Assembly (NCBI GenBank): GCA_947629265.1
Contig: CANRCZ010000008.1
Span: 14,751-46,750 of the forward strand
DNA from: an uncultured Bacilli bacterium
GTDB lineage: Bacteria; Bacillota_I; Bacilli_A; RF39; UBA660
DNA length: 32,000 bases
Direction: 5' to 3'
This document shows positions 9,659 through 16,182 of the stretch, piece after piece. Position numbers and translations under genes: made by a program. The first letter of the stretch is position 1, and each line of letters begins with the position of its first letter. The notes under the pieces are model-generated. The model had not been told where the DNA came from. It searched no databases and worked only from the letters and a program-made list of their open reading frames with translations.

Positions 9659-9967
9659 TTAGCGGTTATCTTCGATCCAACTTGTCAACATATCCTTAGG
9701 CATAAAACCGGTTTGTTTGGCAATTTCCTTACCATTTTTAAATAAAATCAACGTTGGAACAGCCATAACTCCATATTCTTTCGCTAAAGAAGAACATTCA
9801 TCGATATCCACCTTAGCGATCACTAAATTAGATCGATCACTTGAAATATCTTCTAAAACCGGTCCTAACATTTTACAAGGCCCACACCAAGTTGCAAAAA
9901 AGTCAACTAAGACTAAATCATCATTAATTATATCATTGAAACTATCTATATCAGCATGTTTAATCAT
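9659..9967 (-). CDS. trxA: Thioredoxin
   Basis: WCGPCK active site. I prefer the ATG at 9967 (MIKHADID..., SD GGTGA 5 nt upstream) over the track start at 9979. It overlaps the upstream cvpA-like stop by 8 nt. Confidence 0.9.
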   Translation of the reverse strand: MIKHADIDSFNDIINDDLVLVDFFATWCGPCKMLGPVLEDISSDRSNLVIAKVDIDECSSLAKEYGVMAVPTLILFKNGKEIAKQTGFMPKDMLTSWIEDNR

Positions 9968-10685
9968 TTTTATCACCATATATCTTGACTAAAGTATCCA
10001 ATCCTTTAAAATCAATCTTTCCTTTCTCTTTTAATAATTTAACACTATCGACACTAACAACATTATACTTTAACATCGAATTTAAAGCCTCATAATTAAA
10101 CGTATCAACATTGATATTATTATCTTTGTACTCTTCCTTTAAATCGTTAATATCGTCCGTTACTTTCTTAAAATCTTTCGTAAAACTTGATAAAATAAAC
10201 GTACTATCTAAAAGTTTATCACTCAATTTAGAACTTTTAATCTGCTTAAAATTAAAAGTTGGTAACGATAAAATATAAACGACGATAAACGACCAAACAA
10301 CCCCCTCGATAATACCGACTACTAAACCTAATATCTTAGATGGTATCCCTAAAACGATCGTTACTTTAAGTAATTTTTCAAATATCCTTGTAGCGAAACT
10401 TACGACCTTTAAAATAACCGTTAATAAAGATAATAAGATAAAAAACGAAAGAACCTCATACACTAGGATATTGATAACCGTTACCCCTTTAAAAAAGCCA
10501 CCAAAAGGAATAAACGGTAAATGATTATAAAGAAAATTAGAAAGTGGACTCTTTAAATAAAACGCTAAAACTAAAACGACAAAGAAACCTAAAAATGATA
10601 CTAATTCCCTCGTAAAACCTCGTTTAAAACCTAAAAGGCTACATCCAATAACAATAATAATTACCGCTAAATCAACTACGTTCAC
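9960..10685 (-). CDS. cvpA: CvpA-family (colicin V production) integral membrane protein
   Basis: 241 aa with an apparent GTG start. The N-terminus DLAVIIIVIGCSLLGFKRGFTRELVSFLGFFVVL is typical of CvpA. Four to five TM helices are followed by a soluble tail. Confidence 0.7.
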   Translation of the reverse strand: MNVVDLAVIIIVIGCSLLGFKRGFTRELVSFLGFFVVLVLAFYLKSPLSNFLYNHLPFIPFGGFFKGVTVINILVYEVLSFFILLSLLTVILKVVSFATRIFEKLLKVTIVLGIPSKILGLVVGIIEGVVWSFIVVYILSLPTFNFKQIKSSKLSDKLLDSTFILSSFTKDFKKVTDDINDLKEEYKDNNINVDTFNYEALNSMLKYNVVSVDSVKLLKEKGKIDFKGLDTLVKIYGDKND

Positions 10686-10782
10686 TATATCACATCCTAT
10701 AACTAGTATATTATAAAATTTTAAAAAAATAAAGTTTTTTTATGCTTTATATGGTAAAATAGTTACAGAAAGAAGGTTTAAT

Positions 10783-11730
10783 ATGACGATATCTTTTAAA
10801 GTAAGTGAAAATACTAAACAAGAAATGATCGACTATTTCGAGGATAAAAAAAGAATTAAAACCCCACCCTACGCTATTTTTCAAGCTGATGAATGTGATA
10901 CGGTTGTAACATTATATGAATCTGGTAAAGTTGTCTTTCAAGGTATAAGTGCTGATATCGACGCTAATATGTGGAAACAAAGAGAAAGAAAACTAAATCC
11001 TAATAGCAATATCGAAGAAAAAAATAGCAACGATAAAAAAGAAAAAAAGGATATTTATATCGATCCTAAAATATATAATGCTTCTTGTATCGGTTCGGAT
11101 GAGGTCGGAACTGGTGATTATTTTGGTCCGATTGTCGTAACCGCTAGTCTAGTTAAAAAAGAAGATATTAAATTTTTAGAGAAACTTGGGGTAAAAGATT
11201 CTAAAAAATTAACTGATGATAAAATACTGGAAATCGTTCCTAAATTTAAAGATAAAATCATATATGAAAGTATCATCTTAAACAATAATGATTACAATAA
11301 TTACTATAATGAAAATCTAAATATGAATAAAATAAAAGCGATCCTCCATAATAAAGTTCTATATAAATTAGCCCATGAACATAGTGATTATGATTATATT
11401 ATCGTCGATGAATTCGCTAAACCATATGTCTATTATAACTATTTAAAAGATACCCCTAATGTTCAAAGAAATATAACCTTTTTAACTAAGGGTGAAACTA
11501 AATCTTTAGCGGTCGCTTGTTCTTCTTTGATATGTCGGTATATCTTTATCAACTATTTTGATAAAATCGGTAAAGACTTAGATATGTTCTTACCTAAGGG
11601 TGCTAGTGAAACAGTTGATAAAACAGCTTTAGAAATCGTCAATAAGTATGGTTTTGATAAGTTAAAAGAGGTCGCTAAATTGAATTTTAAAAATACGGAT
11701 AAAATTAAAGAGATGATAAATAAAAAATAA
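10783..11730 (+). CDS. rnhC: Ribonuclease HIII
   Basis: 315 aa with an N-terminal TBP-like domain and then the RNase HII/HIII core GSDEVGTGDYFGPIVV ... DSKKL ... IVDEFA. Confidence 0.85.
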   Translation: MTISFKVSENTKQEMIDYFEDKKRIKTPPYAIFQADECDTVVTLYESGKVVFQGISADIDANMWKQRERKLNPNSNIEEKNSNDKKEKKDIYIDPKIYNASCIGSDEVGTGDYFGPIVVTASLVKKEDIKFLEKLGVKDSKKLTDDKILEIVPKFKDKIIYESIILNNNDYNNYYNENLNMNKIKAILHNKVLYKLAHEHSDYDYIIVDEFAKPYVYYNYLKDTPNVQRNITFLTKGETKSLAVACSSLICRYIFINYFDKIGKDLDMFLPKGASETVDKTALEIVNKYGFDKLKEVAKLNFKNTDKIKEMINKK

Positions 11731-11755
11731 AAATGCTATTTTAAGTAGCATTTTT
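11731..11755. terminator. Bidirectional terminator between convergent rnhC and 11785..12543
   Basis: 8-bp stem aaatgcta (11731-11738) / tagcattt (11746-11753) flanked by A and T runs. Confidence 0.55.
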
Positions 11756-11784
11756 AAATGGTTATAATTTACTTATTTTGATGG

Positions 11785-12543
11785 TTATTTAAAGTCTTTT
11801 ACTAAATGCTTGTTACTTTTATTATGATTTTCTTGTAATTCTTTTTTTTGATTACTAGATAATGGTACGTTACCCTCAAAGTAATCACAGAATAAATCAG
11901 GAATTTGAATAGATTCGGTTGGATACATTTCAGCCTCATCTAAATCTTCTTTATATATATAGTTTTTTGACATTTTAAATGTTAAATAAGTTTCTAGATT
12001 ATTAGCTTCGTTTACTTTTGTCAATAAGGTATTAATATTATATACTGTTGGTGTTACAAGACGATTGATATCGGTTGATAGAATGTTACCCTTTTCATCT
12101 AAATTGATATCTAAGTTAGTGATTAAATCTTGGATTGTCTCAGTATCATTGTGACCGATCTTTTCGATGATATTTAATAATAAAAGGGCTTTTCTTCTAA
12201 CGATATCGGTATATGTTTTAAAATATTCTAAAGTATATGGTTGATAATTATATCTAAGGATTGCTAAGCTATCGACAAATGTTTGAGCTGAGTTTGAAAA
12301 TTCAAGATTTTTAAGGTAGTTTGGATCTTCTATTCTCATCTTTAGTCGTGGATTTTCTACTGCTAATTTATTATCTAGATATTCTTTTATTTGTTCGTTA
12401 GTAACAACTACTTTAGCATTATTAACTCCGTTTTTTATTTCGTCTAATTTACAATCACATAGTTCTTCTAAAATTGTAATAATAGATTGGTAATCACAGT
12501 ATTTGTTATCTGTACCATCAGAATAAGACTCTAAATTATTCAT
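11785..12543 (-). CDS. Hypothetical protein (252 aa, predicted helical, no recognisable motif)
   Basis: I moved the start to the ATG at 12543 (MNNLESYSDG...). GGAGG lies 7 nt upstream, and the track start at 12579 falls inside the promoter -10. Confidence 0.7.
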   Translation of the reverse strand: MNNLESYSDGTDNKYCDYQSIITILEELCDCKLDEIKNGVNNAKVVVTNEQIKEYLDNKLAVENPRLKMRIEDPNYLKNLEFSNSAQTFVDSLAILRYNYQPYTLEYFKTYTDIVRRKALLLLNIIEKIGHNDTETIQDLITNLDINLDEKGNILSTDINRLVTPTVYNINTLLTKVNEANNLETYLTFKMSKNYIYKEDLDEAEMYPTESIQIPDLFCDYFEGNVPLSSNQKKELQENHNKSNKHLVKDFK

Positions 12544-12567
12544 ACAAAACCTCCTTCTTTGCGACAT

Positions 12568-12596
12568 ATTATACAACAATTTTAACGTTTATACAA
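12568..12596 (-). promoter_or_regulatory. sigma-A type promoter for 11785..12543
   Basis: The minus strand reads TTGTAT (12591-12596), a 17-nt spacer, then TATAAT (12568-12573). Confidence 0.5.
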
Positions 12597-12914
12597 GCTA
12601 TTTTTTTAATTTATGTGTTAGATATGAGGTAGCTTCTTTATTCTTTGATTAAATCTTATCTTATAACGTGTTTAGTAGTGTTTTAATTTGTGATAAATTT
12701 AATATAAAAACACTTGATACTTTGCAAGTGTTTAGAATAATAATACTCTTAATTATTGTGATTATAAGCGTATATTTAATAAAAATACCATGTGTATGGA
12801 ATAAGTGTTGATATAATGATTATGTGTGCACTTGCTCATAATTTCTATTTATTCAATAATAAAAAGAGAATTACCTCTTTTTATTATATTTTTACCTTTT
12901 TATAGTATTAATTT

Positions 12915-13025
12915 AAAAGAAAAATCACCTAACTCAGCAATGATTTAGGTGATGCACATTATTATATGGCAACACTCAACGTGCTAAATTGAATATTCCC
13001 TCTTATCTATTCAAGTTTCCTTGAC
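12915..13025 (-). ncRNA. Predicted antisense sRNA, orphan copy (no cognate peptide ORF upstream)
   Basis: Runs from the promoter at 13032..13060 to hairpin atcacctaa (12924-12932) / ttaggtgat (12945-12953) plus a T-run on the minus strand. Confidence 0.4.
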
Positions 13026-13031
13026 ATATTC

Positions 13032-13060
13032 ATAATACCATAAAAATAAGCTTTTATCAA
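13032..13060 (-). promoter_or_regulatory. Antisense sRNA promoter, unit 1
   Basis: The minus strand reads TTGATA (13055-13060), a 17-nt spacer, then TATTAT (13032-13037) preceded by TGg. Confidence 0.55.
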
Positions 13061-13163
13061 GGCATTTTGGCTACTAATTCAATTTTATTTTTTGTATAGC
13101 CTACTATTTTTTTAATTGCTATATAAGTTGTTTTAAATTTGTGATAAATTTATTACAAAACTA

Positions 13164-13193
13164 TTGTGTTACAAACATTTTTTTTGGTACAAT
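13164..13193 (+). promoter_or_regulatory. Promoter of small-peptide mRNA, unit 2
   Basis: TTGTGT (13164-13169), an 18-nt spacer, then TACAAT (13188-13193) preceded by TGg. Confidence 0.55.
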
Positions 13194-13257
13194 ATTTGTA
13201 GGAACATTTAATAGTTGGGTGATTGCCTCTATATTTATAAATTGGAGGTGGTGCTTT

Positions 13258-13341
13258 ATGAGTAAAAAGGATTTTCTAATCTCTGTATTATTAATTATAA
13301 TACTTTTACTTATAACACTACTATTTGTAGTGTTGAACTAA
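13258..13341 (+). CDS. 27-aa hydrophobic peptide, candidate type I toxin (MSKKDFLISVLLIIILLLITLLFVVLN)
   Basis: GGAGGTGGTG lies 4 nt before the ATG. The peptide has a charged N-terminus and a single TM-length hydrophobic stretch. A paralog sits at 13680..13763 with synonymous and conservative differences. Confidence 0.6.
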   Translation: MSKKDFLISVLLIIILLLITLLFVVLN

Positions 13342-13448
13342 AAAAATCACCTAACTCAGCAATGATTTAGGTGATGCCAAATTCATTAGGCAACACTCAA
13401 CGTGCGAAATTGAATGTTCCTTTTTTATTTTATTCAAGTTTCCTTGAC
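13339..13448 (-). ncRNA. Predicted antisense sRNA, unit 2 (candidate antitoxin)
   Basis: Promoter at 13455..13483. The hairpin 13346-13354 / 13367-13375 is followed on the minus strand by 7 T that overlap the peptide stop codon. The RNA is fully complementary to the peptide mRNA 3' UTR. Confidence 0.5.
13392..13426 (+). terminator. Rho-independent terminator of peptide mRNA, unit 2
   Basis: Stem aacactcaa (13392-13400) / ttgaatgtt (13410-13418) with one mismatch, then cc + TTTTTT. Confidence 0.5.
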
Positions 13449-13454
13449 ACATTC

Positions 13455-13483
13455 ATAATAACATAAAAACAATATTATATCAA
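13455..13483 (-). promoter_or_regulatory. Antisense sRNA promoter, unit 2
   Basis: The minus strand reads TTGATA (13478-13483), a 17-nt spacer, then TATTAT (13455-13460) preceded by TGt. Confidence 0.55.
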
Positions 13484-13585
13484 GGTATTTTGGTCACTAA
13501 TTGAATTTTATTTTTTGTATCACCCGCTGTTTTTGATTGCTGTATAAGTTGTTTTAAAATTGTGATAAATTTATTACAAAAACTA

Positions 13586-13614
13586 TTGTGTTACAAACAC
13601 TTTTTTGATACAAT
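13586..13614 (+). promoter_or_regulatory. Promoter of small-peptide mRNA, unit 3
   Basis: TTGTGT (13586-13591), a 17-nt spacer, then TACAAT (13609-13614) preceded by TGa. Confidence 0.55.
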
Positions 13615-13679
13615 GTCTGTAGGAACATTTAATAAGTTGGGTGCTACCTCTTATCTTTATAGATTGGAGGTGATGCTTG

Positions 13680-13763
13680 ATGAGTAAAAAAGATTTTTTA
13701 ATCTTTGCTTTATTCATTATAATCCTTTCATTAATAGCATTACTTTTTGTAATTCTAAAATAA
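13680..13763 (+). CDS. 27-aa hydrophobic peptide, candidate type I toxin (MSKKDFLIFALFIIILSLIALLFVILK)
   Basis: GGAGGTGATG lies 4 nt before the ATG. Length and architecture match 13258..13341. Confidence 0.6.
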   Translation: MSKKDFLIFALFIIILSLIALLFVILK

Positions 13764-13870
13764 AAGTGCACCTAACTCAAACAGTTTGAGTTAGATGCCA
13801 AACAAACATTAGGTAACACTCAACACTGCATATTGAATGTTCCTTTTTATTTTATGCAAGTTCCCTTGAC
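13758..13870 (-). ncRNA. Predicted antisense sRNA, unit 3 (candidate antitoxin)
   Basis: Promoter at 13877..13905. The hairpin is ctaactcaa (13772-13780) / ttgagttag (13786-13794). The T-run begins a few nt after the stem, so termination looks weaker than in unit 2. Confidence 0.45.
13815..13848 (+). terminator. Rho-independent terminator of peptide mRNA, unit 3
   Basis: Stem aacactcaa (13815-13823) / ttgaatgtt (13833-13841), then cc + TTTTT. Confidence 0.5.
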
Positions 13871-13876
13871 ATATTT

Positions 13877-13905
13877 ATAGTACCATAAAAATAATCTTTT
13901 ATCAA
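13877..13905 (-). promoter_or_regulatory. Antisense sRNA promoter, unit 3
   Basis: The minus strand reads TTGATA (13900-13905), a 17-nt spacer, then TACTAT (13877-13882) preceded by TGg. Confidence 0.5.
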
Positions 13906-13942
13906 GGTATCTATATTAAATTTATAAAATTGATAAATCTAA

Positions 13943-15841
13943 TTATCTTTTTTTAATCTTAACTTTCTGATTATTTCTAAGTGAAGATAAGATCTCTATT
14001 TCCTTTTGTTTAACCTCACTAACGGTTAAATTGAAATAATCAGCGAGAGCTTCATAACTATAATTTTCTTGATATCTAAGCATAATAAATGATAATTCCA
14101 TAGGTGGTAAAGTCGATAATAATTGCATCATATTTTCACTAAATACAGTATTTTCTATCTTTTCATATGTATTATCAGGACTTTCAATATAGTCTAGTCT
14201 TGTTTCATTATAGTTTTTATCACTATTATCATACTTAGCTGCATCAATTGATAGATTATTAGACTGTTTTTTATATTGTTTTAAATAGGTTCTAAAGCAT
14301 CCTTTTACCGTTAAATCCATATATTTAATTATCTGTCCATATACGTTTAAATTAATTCTATCGATAACAGCAATTAAATAGAGTTTAATTTCACTTTCAA
14401 AATCTTCAAAATTATCTTTCTTTAAATCGATATTATAATCGCGACATAAAGAATGAATAGTATGATAAAGGTACATTCTTTGTTTCATTACTATCTCATT
14501 TCTCGTATCGTATAATTTGCTTTTATATATACCGATTAAATCGTATAGTTCGATATTTTCGATATCGCAATTTGATTTTAAATTCTTAACTAACAAAAAT
14601 AAGTTAGATAATTTTTTATCGGTAATTAGCTTATAATCGTTACTATCTTTAGCATCTGAAAAATACCAAATTAAGTTGATAGCTTGAGAATATGAAAAAT
14701 CCATACTAATTAGATAATTTACGTTACAAAAATCGATTTTTAAAAAGTCACAAAGTTCTTTTAATTGTTTTAAATCTTGGATTTCACCTATTTCTAAATC
14801 TTTAAATAGTTTATTTATTTTATTAATTTCAAGTCTATCTTCATATTTTTTAACTGCTAATTCTACTATTTTAGTATCATCTATATCTTGATTTGACTGT
14901 AAGGTTTTAATTCTCCTCAAAATATTTGAATAAGAATAACCCTCTTTATTACAGAAACTTGCTAAAGATTGATTTTCAAAATAGTATTTGGTTGTAACGG
15001 GTGGATTTTCTAGATAGTCGTTTATTATCTGCTTTATAGCATAATCGGTATCTTCACAGTCTCTATATTCACTTAAATATTTATTGATTATAGCTTTATA
15101 GCTGATGCCATTATCTATACAGTATTTTCTTAAGGTCATACCGTCATACATATATTTTATAGAAATTTTTTTATAGGCTTGGACACATTCATTTACAATT
15201 TCTTGGAGTGGTTTATCACTATTTATTTTTCTTTTTAGGATAGCTCCCCTAATTGAATTATAATTTATATCGTTATTTTTACAGTAGTCTATTAAGGGAA
15301 TACCGTTATAATAATATATAATTCCATTTTTATTAATTAAATCTATTCCCTCAATAATAAGGTCATTAATATCTTTATCACAACCGGATATTAATTTTCT
15401 ATTTACGAATGATACGATACTCGTATAAGGAATATTATTTTCTTTACAGTATTCGGTTAATAGAATGCCATTATAAAGATATTTAGGTTCAAATGGTTGA
15501 TATTGCATCATGATGGCTTCTATAAATTCATCATCATTCAAATTGGAAAATTTTTCTTCATTTTTATGATACTGTATATACGAAAGAATATTTTGATAGC
15601 TTACGTTATTTTCTTCACAATATTGTTTTAGAGGAATACCTACGTAATAGTATCTATATATACCTTTATGGAGTTTATCCATATATTTTTGGATTATTTC
15701 TTCATCCGTCTGATCGGGATTTTTCAATTTTTGGCGATATATGTATCGTCTTAATGTATCATATTTTAATTCTGGATTGTTTTTACAAAATTCGTATAAG
15801 GTAAGTCCTTTATAGCTATATTTTTTTGAATTACTTTTCAT
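13943..15841 (-). CDS. Sigma-70-like protein with an N-terminal array of six HTH-like repeats
   Basis: 632 aa with SD AGGGGGGTGA. There are six repeats of about 50-65 aa with the pattern Y.Y.G[ILM][PT]L..[YF]C..N.[IV].Y..I (e.g. YKGLTLYEFCKNNPELKYDTLRRYI, YNGIPLIDYCKNNDINYNSIRGAI). The C-terminus LPPMELSFIMLRYQENYSYEALADYFNLTVSEVKQKEIEILSSLRN matches sigma-70 region 4. Confidence 0.6.
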   Translation of the reverse strand: MKSNSKKYSYKGLTLYEFCKNNPELKYDTLRRYIYRQKLKNPDQTDEEIIQKYMDKLHKGIYRYYYVGIPLKQYCEENNVSYQNILSYIQYHKNEEKFSNLNDDEFIEAIMMQYQPFEPKYLYNGILLTEYCKENNIPYTSIVSFVNRKLISGCDKDINDLIIEGIDLINKNGIIYYYNGIPLIDYCKNNDINYNSIRGAILKRKINSDKPLQEIVNECVQAYKKISIKYMYDGMTLRKYCIDNGISYKAIINKYLSEYRDCEDTDYAIKQIINDYLENPPVTTKYYFENQSLASFCNKEGYSYSNILRRIKTLQSNQDIDDTKIVELAVKKYEDRLEINKINKLFKDLEIGEIQDLKQLKELCDFLKIDFCNVNYLISMDFSYSQAINLIWYFSDAKDSNDYKLITDKKLSNLFLLVKNLKSNCDIENIELYDLIGIYKSKLYDTRNEIVMKQRMYLYHTIHSLCRDYNIDLKKDNFEDFESEIKLYLIAVIDRINLNVYGQIIKYMDLTVKGCFRTYLKQYKKQSNNLSIDAAKYDNSDKNYNETRLDYIESPDNTYEKIENTVFSENMMQLLSTLPPMELSFIMLRYQENYSYEALADYFNLTVSEVKQKEIEILSSLRNNQKVKIKKR

Positions 15842-15971
15842 AGTGATATCACCCCCCTGATTTTTTTATATTTTCCCTTGATTACTAAAATATTTTATCA
15901 TAAATTATTGAATATTAAAACCTAAAACATGAAATTATTAATTATTAAAAACAAGACCAAAAACAAGACCA

Positions 15972-16003
15972 TAAAAAAATAAAACCCTTATAAAATAAGG
16001 GTT
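15972..16003 (-). terminator. Rho-independent terminator after tRNA-Thr
   Basis: Stem aaccctta (15983-15990) / taagggtt (15996-16003), followed by a long T-rich tract on the minus strand. Confidence 0.65.
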
Positions 16004-16013
16004 ATATACTTAA

Positions 16014-16087
16014 TGGTGCCACAAGTAGGAATCGGACCTACATTAAAGCCTTACCATGGCCTCGTAATACCACTATACTATTGTGGC
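16014..16087 (-). tRNA. tRNA-Thr(GGU)-like, divergent, CCA encoded
   Basis: The minus strand reads GCCACAA TA GTAT AGTGGTA TTAC G AGGCC ATGGTAA GGCTT TAAT GTAGG TCCGATT CCTAC TTGTGGC ACCA. The cloverleaf folds, but the T-loop is TCCGATT rather than TTCRANN and position 32 is A. Confidence 0.6.
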
Positions 16088-16106
16088 AAGTAAATATTAC
16101 ATTATT

Positions 16107-16135
16107 ATATTACCCTATATCAACGATTTTTTCAA
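16107..16135 (-). promoter_or_regulatory. Promoter for tRNA-Thr
   Basis: The minus strand reads TTGAAA (16130-16135), a 17-nt spacer, then TAATAT (16107-16112). Confidence 0.45.
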
Positions 16136-16154
16136 TACATTTTTAAAATTTTAT

Positions 16155-16182
16155 AACGAAAAAGCTAGTTCATAAACTAACT
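16155..16182 (-). terminator. Terminator of the GH25 gene (hairpin includes its stop codon)
   Basis: The minus strand reads agttagtt-tatg-aactagct (8 bp, one G.U) followed by TTTTCGTT. Confidence 0.45.

Larger units (their letters stand above)
12681..13935. repeat. Tandem array of three units of about 422 bp (type I toxin-antitoxin-like modules; first unit incomplete)
   Basis: The landmark cacctaa recurs at 12926, 13348 and 13769. The block ttgtgataaattta recurs at about 12689, 13139 and 13560, with a partial copy near 13930. Promoters, hairpins and the peptide ORF are conserved between units. Confidence 0.85.

Noticed and set aside
12544-12579. Track start MLYNMSQRRRFC for the 264-aa ORF
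   Set aside because: That ATG lies within the TATAAT -10 element, and the stretch contains the GGAGG SD for the ATG at 12543.
13141-13341. 66-aa ORF from the track
   Set aside because: Its 5' part runs through the predicted promoter and leader and has no SD. Only the last 27 codons, preceded by GGAGGTG, are conserved as an ORF in the paralogous unit, so I annotated 13258..13341 instead.
13583-13771. 62-aa minus-strand ORF
   Set aside because: It is antisense to the second small-peptide gene and its promoter, has no SD, and is not conserved as an ORF in unit 2. I consider it a frame artefact of AT-rich sequence.
12681-13935. Possible CRISPR array or mobile-element terminal repeats
   Set aside because: The repeat period is about 422 bp with no short repeat/spacer alternation and no cas genes. 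No transposase or terminal inverted repeats are present. The internal promoters, SD-ORF and terminators fit TA modules better.
15947-15970. Perfect tandem 12-mer aaaaacaagacc x2
   Set aside because: It has only two copies in an A-rich spacer. It could be a regulator site or slippage product, but there is not enough evidence to call it a feature. It is mentioned under the island finding.
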